Positions 17,862 to 27,220 are shown, counted from the first letter of the stretch. The stretch is 35,849 nt of DNA from a virus (IMGVR_UViG_3300011584_000017:1-35849); one strand, 5' to 3'. The notes: a model not told the origin generated them from the letters alone. Numbers and translations are program-made.

Positions 17862-18325
17862 CAGATAAGCTCCACTGTGCAGTGCGGCGCATCCTGCACC
17901 CGGCTGATGGCCCAGCGGGCGTCACGCCATAAATCACCGCTTGCTTCCGCCAGTTCCTCGCCTCGCTTCGCACCGGATGCCGTGGCGTCATAGTCCTGGT
18001 AACGTTCGTTGAGCATGGCGCGTGCCCAGCAGTAAACCGCGTTGAAATAGTGCTGAATGCGCTCGCTTTTGCCGTCCAGTTGTTCCGCCGGGACTTCTGC
18101 CAGCGAGGCATACCCCAGCATCTGCTGGCGTCTGCGAAACTCATACAGCTCTGCGTTGACCTCCGAAATTGCCGACAGGGCAACCTGTTTTAAACGCGGC
18201 TGCGTCACCGTGCCGTCAGTGCGCATCACACTGCGAAACTCCGACAGGTCCACATCAGGCCAGAACGGCGTATTCCTGATGATTTCCGCCTGTTCCGGTG
18301 CCTGTTCTGGCGCAACAAACTTCAT
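17861..18325 (-). CDS. L: Capsid completion protein L
   Basis: In the gpL position; start set at ATG 18325 (MKFVAPEQ..., preceded by AGGAGA) rather than the track's GTG at 18388. Confidence 0.75.
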   Translation of the reverse strand: MKFVAPEQAPEQAEIIRNTPFWPDVDLSEFRSVMRTDGTVTQPRLKQVALSAISEVNAELYEFRRRQQMLGYASLAEVPAEQLDGKSERIQHYFNAVYCWARAMLNERYQDYDATASGAKRGEELAEASGDLWRDARWAISRVQDAPHCTVELI

Positions 18326-18420
18326 GCTGCTTTCTCCTGAAATAGAGGGCGGTGGACGGGGTTTTGATGTGGCAGTGCCTTTCGCCACCCCGTGCCGCCC
18401 GTGCGCGGGGGCACGTTCTG

Positions 18421-19071
18421 TCAGCGGCTGTCATTGCGCAGTCTGCGCTCCAGCTGCTGTTTGTCTTTTTTCACGCCACAGCGGGGATCGAGCTGTAACG
18501 CATGGTTGAGATGATTAAGGGCAGACGCCGGATTTCTTTCACTCAGGACAGCGCCAATCGCTTTATGCAGACGCGCCCGTGACTGGTCCGGCATATCCAT
18601 ACCGTCTGTCAGCTCCAGGGTCTGCAGCAACAGATCAGCATCAAAGCCGGTGGCGGCAAGCATTGCGCTCTGGGCTGCATCTGCCATTTCCTCTGCCAGC
18701 ACGGTCTGCACGTTGCGGTTACCTAACGGCATCACCCAGCCATGACGCAGGGCGTGACGCCCGATCTCCAGCGCCCCGGCATAATCTCCGGCATCAATGC
18801 GCCACAGCATCACGTACATCAGCACGTCATCCTGTTGAGCGCCTCCGGCAGCCAGGACACCCTCCGCCCAGGCGGCGTACTTCGGCAGCAGCTCCACCTT
18901 GATTTCCGCTTTTTTGACCGTGGACTGAACGCCCTTGAGACGGCGGCGGTCTTCCGCCAGTTGCAGCAGCATCAGGTCATAGCCCGACGCGTGGCGAACG
19001 CTGCCGCCCTCGCGGGCGGCCTGTTCAGCCTGAACGCGCAGGCGATGCTGCCGTGCGGGACTCAGGCTCAT
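18421..19071 (-). CDS. M: Terminase endonuclease (small) subunit M
   Basis: 216-aa ORF in the gpM position between N and L. Confidence 0.8.
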   Translation of the reverse strand: MSLSPARQHRLRVQAEQAAREGGSVRHASGYDLMLLQLAEDRRRLKGVQSTVKKAEIKVELLPKYAAWAEGVLAAGGAQQDDVLMYVMLWRIDAGDYAGALEIGRHALRHGWVMPLGNRNVQTVLAEEMADAAQSAMLAATGFDADLLLQTLELTDGMDMPDQSRARLHKAIGAVLSERNPASALNHLNHALQLDPRCGVKKDKQQLERRLRNDSR

Positions 19072-19074
19072 GAA

Positions 19075-20133
19075 TTACGCTCCGGTTTCTGCTGCTGCGG
19101 CGCTGAAGTCGCCAATCTGGATGTTTTCCACCAGTGCGGCGCAGCGGTAGTCCTCAACCACATAGGCTTCGTTAACGGATTCAAAGTTTTCAATCCGGTC
19201 ACGTTTCGGGTTGTCGATAACTGAGCGGCGGCGGGTGTCTTCCTGCCAGTAGATGGACAGGTTATCCAGACGGGTGATCAGCAGTGCATTCGGCGGGAAG
19301 AACGGCGCACGCACGGCCTGCAGGCCACCCATGCGTTTCTGACTGATGATCATATCGGCAGCCAGTTTTTCACTGTTTTCCTGCTCTTTGTTGACCAGCG
19401 GGAAATACTTGTCAGACAGCAGTTCACGACCGCAAATCACCACCAGATCGTCATCGTCCTGGTAGACCACATCGATAAGCTCATTGACGGCATCCATCAC
19501 CACGGCGTCCAGGTTGGCATATTCGCCACCTTTCCCGACTTTCACCGCACCCGGTGTGGTTTCACCGCCCGTGGTGGTGCTGCCCATGACGTGATCCGGT
19601 GCATCTTCACGGATTTTCTGCAGCCAGCCTTTGTTCACATCCTGCAGCAGCGGGTTTTCGCTACGGTTGGAGGTTTTCGCACGCTTCACGCCGTTAAAGC
19701 CGATCATGATGCGGTCCAGTGCCTGACGTTTCACGATGGCGTCACGGATACGCACCTGGAAATCCTGAAATTTCGCCCACAGGTCCAGCTTCGCGTAGGT
19801 CAGCACCGTATCAAAGTTGGTCTGCTCGCATTTGTATTCCACATCGACCATCAGCGTCGGATCGACAGGCTCACGCTCTTTCGCGGTGGTGTCAGTGGTT
19901 CCGGCAATGGTGCTGCCAACACCCAGCCCCAGCAGCTGACCGGACTGCTCAGTCACTGGCGTGACGTTAATCAGCGTCAGGAAAGCGGCGGACTGCTGGA
20001 TCTGGTCTTCCAGCGTCTGCTGCACAGACGGCTCCACGGTGAACTTGCTGGACAGTTCTTCAACTGCCACACCGTTCAGACGCGCCAGCTGCTGCAGGTA
20101 AGCGTTAAAAGCAAAGCGGGTATTCTTCTTCAT
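19075..20133 (-). CDS. N: Major capsid protein N
   Basis: 352-aa ORF, size and position of P2 gpN. Confidence 0.9.
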   Translation of the reverse strand: MKKNTRFAFNAYLQQLARLNGVAVEELSSKFTVEPSVQQTLEDQIQQSAAFLTLINVTPVTEQSGQLLGLGVGSTIAGTTDTTAKEREPVDPTLMVDVEYKCEQTNFDTVLTYAKLDLWAKFQDFQVRIRDAIVKRQALDRIMIGFNGVKRAKTSNRSENPLLQDVNKGWLQKIREDAPDHVMGSTTTGGETTPGAVKVGKGGEYANLDAVVMDAVNELIDVVYQDDDDLVVICGRELLSDKYFPLVNKEQENSEKLAADMIISQKRMGGLQAVRAPFFPPNALLITRLDNLSIYWQEDTRRRSVIDNPKRDRIENFESVNEAYVVEDYRCAALVENIQIGDFSAAAAETGA

Positions 20134-20149
20134 CGGGTTTTGTGCTCCA

Positions 20150-20983
20150 TCAGCAATTGGTCAGAGTGTCAACGGGGGCGTTACCGCCTGTTGCACGCTG
20201 GCGGTAGTCCTGGCGGCTGTCTTCATGACTCAGCTTGTCCACCAGTTCGTTAAAGGCGGTTTGCTGTGCCTGCAGGGCTGTCTCCAGCTCAGACAGGCGT
20301 TCTTCCTGCTCAGACAGGGATTTTTCGGTGCGTGCGCTCAGGTTCTGCTGCTCAGTGGCGACCAGCTCCACGGCCTTATGCACATCAGAGAACCGGGCGT
20401 CATCGGACTGCTCTTTTTTGGTAAACAGCGCCGTGACACGGGCAAACAGGGACGGTTTATCGTCCTGGATTTCTTCCAGTTCGATCACCGTTTCCTCTGC
20501 AGCGGTAAAGAGATTGGCAGGATTCTGCTTGCGGTTTGCCAGTGGGTTATGGGCTGCACTGGCGCTGAATGTCAGCATTTCCGTACCCAGACTGGCAGGG
20601 TCATCAGTGGCAGCCAGGCCAACCAGGTAGGCTTTGCCCGTATCAGCGAACTTCGGGCTGACTTCCATAGAGGTGAATAATTTCTGGCCTTTTTTCACCA
20701 ATTCCACCAGGGATTCCGTTGGCTCAACGTCGGCATACAGCGCCATCTTGCCAGCCAGCGGACCTTCCGTGATTTCTTCAGCAAACAGCGCCGTCACCTT
20801 GCCGTAGCGGTTAAAGGTGCTGTCCGGCAAATAAGACTTGATGTGCTCAAGGTTAATCAGCGCGGTATACACCGCCGGGTTGTAGCTGGCTGCCATCTGT
20901 TCCAGCCATTCACGCTGGATTTCACGTCCGTCGGTAGTGGCACCTTCCACCCCGATGCGAAAACGCTTTGCTTTCACTGTCAT
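20150..20983 (-). CDS. O: Capsid scaffolding protein O
   Basis: 277-aa ORF with coiled-coil C-terminal half; divergent from P. Confidence 0.85.
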   Translation of the reverse strand: MTVKAKRFRIGVEGATTDGREIQREWLEQMAASYNPAVYTALINLEHIKSYLPDSTFNRYGKVTALFAEEITEGPLAGKMALYADVEPTESLVELVKKGQKLFTSMEVSPKFADTGKAYLVGLAATDDPASLGTEMLTFSASAAHNPLANRKQNPANLFTAAEETVIELEEIQDDKPSLFARVTALFTKKEQSDDARFSDVHKAVELVATEQQNLSARTEKSLSEQEERLSELETALQAQQTAFNELVDKLSHEDSRQDYRQRATGGNAPVDTLTNC

Positions 20984-21061
20984 GAGCCGTGCTCCGTTAG
21001 AAAAAACTTACTGGAGCCTTATGGTTGCGGTGATGGGGGCAGTGAAACAATGCGCGCCGCT

Positions 21062-21079
21062 TGTACCGACAACCACACA
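21062..21079. promoter_or_regulatory. Candidate Ogr-dependent late promoter element in the divergent O/P intergenic region
   Basis: tgt-accgacaaccac-aca (TGT-N12-ACA); spacing fits the O promoter better than P. Confidence 0.45.
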
Positions 21080-21125
21080 AACCGCAGGCGGGGAAAGCCT
21101 TCTTTCAAGGCTGTAGGTTTGTGCC

Positions 21126-22892
21126 ATGAACACCACACTGACACCCGCAGATCTCGATCCCCGTCGGCAGGCCATGCTGCTGTACTTTCAGGGATACCGC
21201 GTAGCCCGCATTGCTGAAATGCTGGGCGAGAAAGTTGCAACCGTTCACAGCTGGAAAAAACGCGACAAGTGGGGTGACTATGGGCCGCTGGATCAGATGC
21301 AGCTCACCACCGCCGCACGCTACTGCCAGCTCATTATGAAGGAGCACAAAGAAGGGAAAGATTTCAAAGAGATTGACCTGCTGGCGCGCCAGTCGGAGCG
21401 CCACGCGCGGATCGGCAAGTTTAACAATGGCGGCAACGAAGCCGACTTAAACCCTAACGTCGCCAACCGCAACAAAGGCCCGCGTCGTCAGCCGGAAAAG
21501 AACGTTTTCACCGATGAACAGATTGAGAAGCTGGAAGAAATCTTCCATTCCTCCATGTTCAACTACCAGCGCCACTGGTGGGAAGCCGGAAAAACCAACC
21601 GCATCCGCAACCTGCTAAAGTCACGCCAGATCGGCGCGACCTTCTATTTTGCCCGTGAAGCCCTGATTGACGCCCTGCTTACCGGACGTAACCAGATTTT
21701 CCTTTCTGCCAGTAAGGCACAGGCTCACGTCTTTAAGCAGTACATCATCGATTTTGCCAAAGAAGTCGAGGTGGAGCTGAAAGGTGATCCGATGGTGCTT
21801 CCTAACGGGGCCACGCTTTACTTCCTCGGCACCAATGCCCGCACTGCCCAGAGTTACCACGGCAACCTGTATCTGGATGAATATTTCTGGATCCCGAAAT
21901 TCCAGGAGCTGCGCAAAGTGGCTTCCGGTATGGCTATTCACAAAAAATGGCGACAAACCTATTTTTCCACGCCATCCAGCCTGACCCACAGTGCTTATCC
22001 GTTCTGGTCCGGTGCGCTGTTCAACCGTGGGCGCAACAAAGCCGACAAGGTGGACATCGACCTGTCCCATAACAATCTGGCCCCCGGCCTGCTGTGCGCA
22101 GACGGGCAATACCGCCAGATAGTCACCGTGGAAGATGCGGTGCACGGCGGCTGTAACCTGTTCGACCTCGACCAGTTGCGCATGGAGTACAGCCCGGACG
22201 AATACCAGAACCTGCTGATGTGTGAGTTCGTGGACGATCTCGCGTCCGTGTTCCCGCTCAGCGAGCTGCAGGCGTGCATGGTGGACAGCTGGGAAGTCTG
22301 GACCGACTTCCATGCACTGGCGCTGCGCCCGTTTGGCTGGCGCGAAGTATGGATTGGTTATGACCCGGCAAAAGGTACGCAGAACGGCGACAGCGCCGGA
22401 TGCGTGGTGGTGGCACCGCCAGCCGTACCGGGCGGCAAGTTCCGCATTCTTGAACGTCACCAGTGGCGCGGGATGGACTTCCGCGCCCAGGCTGATGCCA
22501 TCAAAAAACTGACCGAACAGTACAACGTGACGTACATCGGTATTGACTCGACCGGCGTCGGTCACGGGGTTTACGAGAACGTGAAAGCGTTCTTTCCAGC
22601 CGTCCGGGAGTTTGTCTATAACCCCAATGTTAAAAACGCCCTGGTACTCAAGGCCTACGACATTATCAGCCACCGCCGTCTGGAGTTTGACGCCGGGCAC
22701 ACCGACATTGCGCAGTCATTCATGGCAATCCGTCGCGCAACCACCGCCAGTGGCAACCGCCCAACCTATGAAGCCAGCCGCAGCGAAGAAGCCAGCCACG
22801 CCGATCTGGCCTGGGCAACAATGCACGCACTGTTTAACGAACCACTGCAGGGCGAGTCCGCCAATACCAGTAATATTGTGGAGATTTTTTGA
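21126..22892 (+). CDS. P: Terminase ATPase (large) subunit P
   Basis: 588-aa ORF, size and position of P2 gpP, divergent from the O operon. Confidence 0.93.
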   Translation: MNTTLTPADLDPRRQAMLLYFQGYRVARIAEMLGEKVATVHSWKKRDKWGDYGPLDQMQLTTAARYCQLIMKEHKEGKDFKEIDLLARQSERHARIGKFNNGGNEADLNPNVANRNKGPRRQPEKNVFTDEQIEKLEEIFHSSMFNYQRHWWEAGKTNRIRNLLKSRQIGATFYFAREALIDALLTGRNQIFLSASKAQAHVFKQYIIDFAKEVEVELKGDPMVLPNGATLYFLGTNARTAQSYHGNLYLDEYFWIPKFQELRKVASGMAIHKKWRQTYFSTPSSLTHSAYPFWSGALFNRGRNKADKVDIDLSHNNLAPGLLCADGQYRQIVTVEDAVHGGCNLFDLDQLRMEYSPDEYQNLLMCEFVDDLASVFPLSELQACMVDSWEVWTDFHALALRPFGWREVWIGYDPAKGTQNGDSAGCVVVAPPAVPGGKFRILERHQWRGMDFRAQADAIKKLTEQYNVTYIGIDSTGVGHGVYENVKAFFPAVREFVYNPNVKNALVLKAYDIISHRRLEFDAGHTDIAQSFMAIRRATTASGNRPTYEASRSEEASHADLAWATMHALFNEPLQGESANTSNIVEIF

Positions 22893-23917
22893 TGGGAAAG
22901 AGTAAGAAGAACCGCGCTGCGTCGACGAACCAGATCCAGCATAAAAGTCAAACTACAGCCGAAGCATTCAGCTTCGGTGATCCCGTTCCTGTTCTGGACC
23001 GCCGCGAACTACTGGACTATGTGGAATGCGTACAGACAGATCGCTGGTATGACCCGCCAGTGAGTTTTGACGGACTGGCGCGTACCTTTCGCGCCGCCGT
23101 GCACCACAGCTCACCGATTGCAGTGAAATGCAACATTCTGACCAGCACCTACATCCCTCACCCGCTGCTCAGCCAGCAGGCTTTTTCACGTTTTGTGCAG
23201 GACTATCTGGTTTTTGGTAACGCCTACCTGGAGAAACGCACGAACCGGTTCGGTGAAGTTATCGCCCTTGAGCCTGCTCTGGCAAAATACACCCGACGCG
23301 GATTAGACCTGGATACCTACTGGTTTGTGCAATACGGCATGACTACGCAGCCGTATCAGTTCACAAAAGGCAGCATTTTTCATCTGATGGAACCGGACAT
23401 CAACCAGGAGATCTACGGCCTGCCCGGTTATCTTTCTGCCATTCCGTCAGCCCTGCTCAACGAGTCCGCCACGCTGTTCCGCCGTAAGTATTACATTAAC
23501 GGCAGCCATGCAGGCTTCATCATGTACATGACCGATGCCGCGCAGAACCAGGAGGACGTGAACAACCTCCGCAATGCGATGAAAAGCGCCAAAGGTCCTG
23601 GCAACTTCCGCAACCTGTTTATGTACTCGCCTAACGGCAAAAAGGACGGGCTTCAGATTATCCCGTTGTCAGAGGTCGCAGCGAAGGATGAGTTTTTGAA
23701 TATCAAGAACGTGAGCCGGGATGACATGATGGCGGCGCATCGTGTGCCGCCGCAAATGATGGGGATTATGCCTAATAATGTTGGGGGGTTTGGGGATGTA
23801 GAGAAAGCCAGTTGCGTTTTTGTTCGTAACGAATTGATGCCGCTACAGAAACGGCTACAGGAACTAAATAGATGGTTGAAAGATGAAATTATCCGTTTTG
23901 CGACATACTCATTATGA
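22889..23917 (+). CDS. Q: Portal protein Q
   Basis: 342-aa ORF, size and position of P2 gpQ; followed by a terminator hairpin and the cos-proximal region. Confidence 0.9.
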   Translation: MMGKSKKNRAASTNQIQHKSQTTAEAFSFGDPVPVLDRRELLDYVECVQTDRWYDPPVSFDGLARTFRAAVHHSSPIAVKCNILTSTYIPHPLLSQQAFSRFVQDYLVFGNAYLEKRTNRFGEVIALEPALAKYTRRGLDLDTYWFVQYGMTTQPYQFTKGSIFHLMEPDINQEIYGLPGYLSAIPSALLNESATLFRRKYYINGSHAGFIMYMTDAAQNQEDVNNLRNAMKSAKGPGNFRNLFMYSPNGKKDGLQIIPLSEVAAKDEFLNIKNVSRDDMMAAHRVPPQMMGIMPNNVGGFGDVEKASCVFVRNELMPLQKRLQELNRWLKDEIIRFATYSL

Positions 23918-23950
23918 CGACAATATGTTCGCTGAACAGTAAAATATCAA

Positions 23951-23976
23951 GAAGGCCTCTTACAAGGCCTTCTTTT
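23951..23976. terminator. Bidirectional hairpin terminator between the convergent Q and AIPR-like genes
   Basis: gaaggcct-cttaca-aggccttc followed by TTTT on the plus strand; it lies 2 nt before the stop of the minus-strand gene. Confidence 0.6.
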
Positions 23977-23978
23977 AG

Positions 23979-25721
23979 TTAGAATGCGGATTTGATTTTT
24001 TTCTCAAATGCCTCATATACAGGCTGGTTCATTTGGGCCGTTGCAGTAATAAGCTGTGAAAAATTTGATATACAATCTTTAACTTTTGTAGGACTTTTCA
24101 ACCCTCCTTCAACCAGTGCAGGCAGCAACTGATTACTTAAAGCCAGACACACATCTACAATTGGCTCCCAAATACTTTCAGCCTGAGAAGGAGAGACCGC
24201 ACTTCCAAACGAAACTCTAAATAAATTAGGAACGGGACGGCCCAAAAAGTTTTCCAAACATTCGGCAATAGCCGAGCACAATAAAGGTATTGAACCACGA
24301 TGCCTGAGATATCCCAATTGAGCGCCATCATTTTTTGAAAGAGTATCTTTCTTTGCCAAAGCTATTTTCTTGTTCTCAATACACCGCATGAGAGAATACG
24401 CACAAACAATATGTGAAGCTTTTGTACTGTCATTAAAAATCTTAGAATAATGAGAGTCATTAGTCCAAATTGCAGATCGCTGATTATAAGCTACCGTCGG
24501 CTCTCCATGGAAACTCATCAAAGCTTGACCAACAGTATAAGAAGGCAGTAGATTAGTTTTTCGACGAATGACACTTTCAGCACCTCCTCGTCTTCCTCCA
24601 TCATATTCAGCATCAGGAATAGAAGCAAATTCATTTTTAAGTCGTTTTTGAATTTTGTCTGTGCTTCTGAAATCAGATGCTTCAACTTTATTCTGACTGT
24701 TATTATACTGAATTATATTCTGAATTAGATCAGCATCCGCATCTTTGACTTTTATAAATCTAGCTTGGACTTTAACTGATTCTGGAGGTAATCGTGGCAG
24801 CGTTCCTAAAGCACCTGTTGTCTGTGCTCCATTAACTATTGACATCCCTCTGATTTTAAGATTCTTTGATGCTTCATTGAATTTATATTCATGAACCAAA
24901 ACAGTTACGCCATTATTGTATGCCCAAAATTCTGATGCTGAATTTTCCGCACTGTTACGGATACCATTATTGATATTTGAATCAGATGACCTTGATCCAA
25001 GGTAGTCTCTAACATTTGCTGAAAATATTTTTAATTTATGCTTTTTGTACGCTCTAGCTAAATCTCTTCCCTGAATGGTAGTACAGAATGCATTCCAATT
25101 ATCTCCTTTTATTTCGTAGCCACCATCACTGACTTTAATATTAAAAATATCATCAACCAGTATTGGTGATAGTGATTCACTATACCATTCCGTCAACTTT
25201 TCAGTGCCTACTTCCATTGCATGCACTTGTATTTTAGCATCTTCAAAATCATGTTTTAAAATAGTTGTTGCTGTCTGCTGAACCGTAATTAGCTCTTGAG
25301 CCACATTTGTTGAAGATGGTAAGTTATGAACATACCAAACGTACAGAGTTTTAATTTTCCCTTGTTTGATTGATGTCCGTATCTGTTGAGCAGAAGATTT
25401 TATTCTATCGGGTACATCATGCAAATCTCTTTGCAGAAGCCATGCTAAAGCAATATTAAGATCACTCGCTTTATTTGCTGGAGCTTCCTGTCTATCTTTG
25501 CTTGAGAAATAGCATTGAGCAAGTACAGCAAATTCTTCTTCTTCATTAATATACACAAGGTCACATTTCTTATCGTTATGTCCATCGGTAATGGACTCTG
25601 CTGCGACACTATCAATGTCATCAATTCTAAAATGTAATGCTAACGCAAACAAAGCCAGTCCATTATCACCATACGATTTCAAATCTTCTCTTGCAGAATA
25701 GGCTTGGTTCCAGGTACTCAT
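23979..25721 (-). CDS. AIPR-like protein (candidate abortive-infection / anti-phage defence protein); prophage cargo
   Basis: 580 aa from ATG 25721, which has a strong RBS (AAGGAG 5 nt upstream); visibly AT-rich relative to the phage core; no Walker A; motifs TDGHNDKKCDLVYIN and IVNGAQTTG that I associate from memory with the AIPR family; sits between Q and cos. Confidence 0.6.
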   Translation of the reverse strand: MSTWNQAYSAREDLKSYGDNGLALFALALHFRIDDIDSVAAESITDGHNDKKCDLVYINEEEEFAVLAQCYFSSKDRQEAPANKASDLNIALAWLLQRDLHDVPDRIKSSAQQIRTSIKQGKIKTLYVWYVHNLPSSTNVAQELITVQQTATTILKHDFEDAKIQVHAMEVGTEKLTEWYSESLSPILVDDIFNIKVSDGGYEIKGDNWNAFCTTIQGRDLARAYKKHKLKIFSANVRDYLGSRSSDSNINNGIRNSAENSASEFWAYNNGVTVLVHEYKFNEASKNLKIRGMSIVNGAQTTGALGTLPRLPPESVKVQARFIKVKDADADLIQNIIQYNNSQNKVEASDFRSTDKIQKRLKNEFASIPDAEYDGGRRGGAESVIRRKTNLLPSYTVGQALMSFHGEPTVAYNQRSAIWTNDSHYSKIFNDSTKASHIVCAYSLMRCIENKKIALAKKDTLSKNDGAQLGYLRHRGSIPLLCSAIAECLENFLGRPVPNLFRVSFGSAVSPSQAESIWEPIVDVCLALSNQLLPALVEGGLKSPTKVKDCISNFSQLITATAQMNQPVYEAFEKKIKSAF

Positions 25722-25804
25722 TATCACTCCTTAGTAATAAAGTTTTAGCGAAGGTTATCTCTAAGAAGGTACATTTTCAATTCCATTTATCCCTCCAGCG
25801 CGCG

Positions 25805-25823
25805 CTCGTATCCCCGCCACGCC
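25805..25823 (-). other. Putative cos site (cohesive-end sequence)
   Basis: Minus strand reads GGCGTGGCGGGGATACGAG followed by CGCGCGCTGGAGGG, closely resembling the remembered P2/186 cohesive ends (GGCG[A/T]GGCGGGGAAAGCA...). Confidence 0.45.
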
Positions 25824-25867
25824 TGCCCGCTTTATGTAGTGGTTTTCATGCACCTGCATGATCTACG

Positions 25868-25892
25868 CAAAAGCCCGCCAGAACTGGCGGGC
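25868..25892 (-). terminator. Rho-independent terminator downstream of the lipoprotein gene
   Basis: gcccgccag-aa-ctggcgggc hairpin followed by UUUU on the minus strand. Confidence 0.5.
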
Positions 25893-25996
25893 CTTAACAC
25901 AAAAGATCCTCAAACGATCATGCGATCTCATGCAGCATAGACATGCGCGCTTATGCAGAATGTGCAAAATCGTAACATACTCAGTAAGCGTGAAAC

Positions 25997-26674
25997 CTAG
26001 AACGTGACAGCCTTGTCAAAGCCAGAAATAATTGTATAAGAAATAGACGAGTTATCAGCCTTGTTCACTTTGAACTTGGCACCTTTGTAAGCGATAACGT
26101 CACTTCCCTTAGAATCTACAGAAAAATCTGTTGTAAATGCTGCACGAGCCATATCGTTTGCAAATTCACGATAGGTGAACTTCATTACACCGCCTGCATT
26201 TCCATTGTATTCGATAGTCTTAACCAATGAGTTACTAACTCGACACAGCCCATCAGGAACACGTTTGATAGAAATTTCTGATGCAGTATAAGAAGTACCA
26301 TTTGGCGGTGATATCTCATTTTTTGCAGCATCGTAACTAACATAATCAACATAGTTACCGATTTGCCCATAGAGATTTTTTAACGCAACAGCTTGAGGGT
26401 TATGATAATTGCGGTAAATTCCATTCCCCTCACTGCAATATGTACCAGCAGCGATAGAAGACAATGCACCATTAGCCGCACCAAGTTCTAGTACGTCCGT
26501 TTTAAATCCAGTAGCAGATGTGATAATGGGATCGCCCATGTAGGCGGTAGCACTTTGCCCAATAGCAGGCTTCACCACTTCAATAGCAGTGATATTTCGG
26601 TTAGAAGCATGTGGCACGCAACCAGTTAGGATTACAGCAAGAGATATTGGTAACGCTACATTATTAATTTTCAT
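25997..26674 (-). CDS. Putative lipoprotein (candidate superinfection-exclusion / surface protein); prophage cargo
   Basis: 225 aa from ATG 26674; signal peptide with lipobox MKINNVALPISLAVILTGC; Gly/Ser/Thr/Tyr/Asn-rich mature part ending in a C-terminal Phe; AT-rich; flanked by its own terminators. Confidence 0.7.
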   Translation of the reverse strand: MKINNVALPISLAVILTGCVPHASNRNITAIEVVKPAIGQSATAYMGDPIITSATGFKTDVLELGAANGALSSIAAGTYCSEGNGIYRNYHNPQAVALKNLYGQIGNYVDYVSYDAAKNEISPPNGTSYTASEISIKRVPDGLCRVSNSLVKTIEYNGNAGGVMKFTYREFANDMARAAFTTDFSVDSKGSDVIAYKGAKFKVNKADNSSISYTIISGFDKAVTF

Positions 26675-26695
26675 TTTTAGCCTATTATTCTTTTC

Positions 26696-26733
26696 TTGAC
26701 AAAAAACAAGGCGATATCTGATTGACATCGCCT
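26696..26733 (-). terminator. Terminator of the SOS-regulated tum/DinI-like operon
   Basis: Hairpin aggcgat...atcgcct followed by a U-run (UGUUUUUUG) on the minus strand. Confidence 0.45.
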
Positions 26734-26787
26734 CTCACTCATATGTAACCCTTTTTGATTAGTAAAAACAAGCGTCTATTGACAAAA

Positions 26788-27021
26788 TCAATGCAGCCAG
26801 CTGTCGTCTTCCCACACCTTCTGCATAATTTTCATCACTTGTTTTCTTTCTTCGTCCAGTTGCAGTCCGGTCAGTTCCACACCGTTAGAGCTACCTTTAC
26901 GGATACGGATTACCGTTTTGGGATACAGGGGGCGCAGATTGCGGTAAAGCTCGGATTCAAGGGCGTCCAGGGTAGACTGGCTAATCTTCTGCTCTTTATC
27001 GATCATTATTTCAATGCGCAT
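26788..27021 (-). CDS. DinI-family protein (Tum C-terminal-domain-like, SOS-induced)
   Basis: 77 aa from ATG 27021 (MRIEIMIDKEQKISQSTLDALESELYRNL...VWEDDSWLH), clear DinI-like sequence; RBS GAGGTG 6 nt upstream; the longer track ORF from 27093 is an artefactual extension. Confidence 0.8.
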   Translation of the reverse strand: MRIEIMIDKEQKISQSTLDALESELYRNLRPLYPKTVIRIRKGSSNGVELTGLQLDEERKQVMKIMQKVWEDDSWLH

Positions 27022-27031
27022 AAAAGTCACC

Positions 27032-27220
27032 TCAGCTGATGACATCCATTGAGCGGTTGTATTCGTGGCTTCTGATTTTTGCCATGAGTTCATCAGTCAA
27101 TTCAGAAACCCACTGCAGAGCCAGCTCCTTCTCTTCATCACTACACTCACTAGCCGCTACAAGCTTAAGAAAAAAATCAATGCGCTGGAGCTTCAAAGAC
27201 TCCAAAAAATAGTCCTGCAT
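27032..27220 (-). CDS. Small acidic protein, first gene of the LexA-controlled operon (candidate antirepressor/Tum N-terminal-like)
   Basis: 62-aa ORF with RBS GGAGG; its stop TGA lies inside the RBS of the DinI-like gene (translational coupling). Confidence 0.55.
   Translation of the reverse strand: MQDYFLESLKLQRIDFFLKLVAASECSDEEKELALQWVSELTDELMAKIRSHEYNRSMDVIS

Noticed and set aside
19591-20253. 220-aa plus-strand ORF across N/O
   Set aside because: Antisense shadow of the capsid genes.
21621-22700. 359-aa minus-strand ORF inside terminase gene P
   Set aside because: Antisense shadow of a GC-rich gene; P on the plus strand matches the expected 588-aa terminase.
23979-25721. Possibility that the 580-aa protein is a P2 Old homologue (similar length, same hotspot)
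   Set aside because: No Walker A/P-loop (GxxxxGK[ST]) anywhere in the protein, and it sits on the Q side of cos rather than the A side; Old is an ATPase-TOPRIM nuclease.
26788-27093. 101-aa version of the DinI-like ORF, and the idea that tum is a single frameshifted gene
   Set aside because: The N-terminal 24 codons overlap the upstream 62-aa ORF out of frame; a good RBS (GAGGTG) precedes the internal ATG at 27021 and the upstream stop lies in that RBS, which indicates two translationally coupled genes rather than a frameshift. A frameshift cannot be fully excluded without reads.
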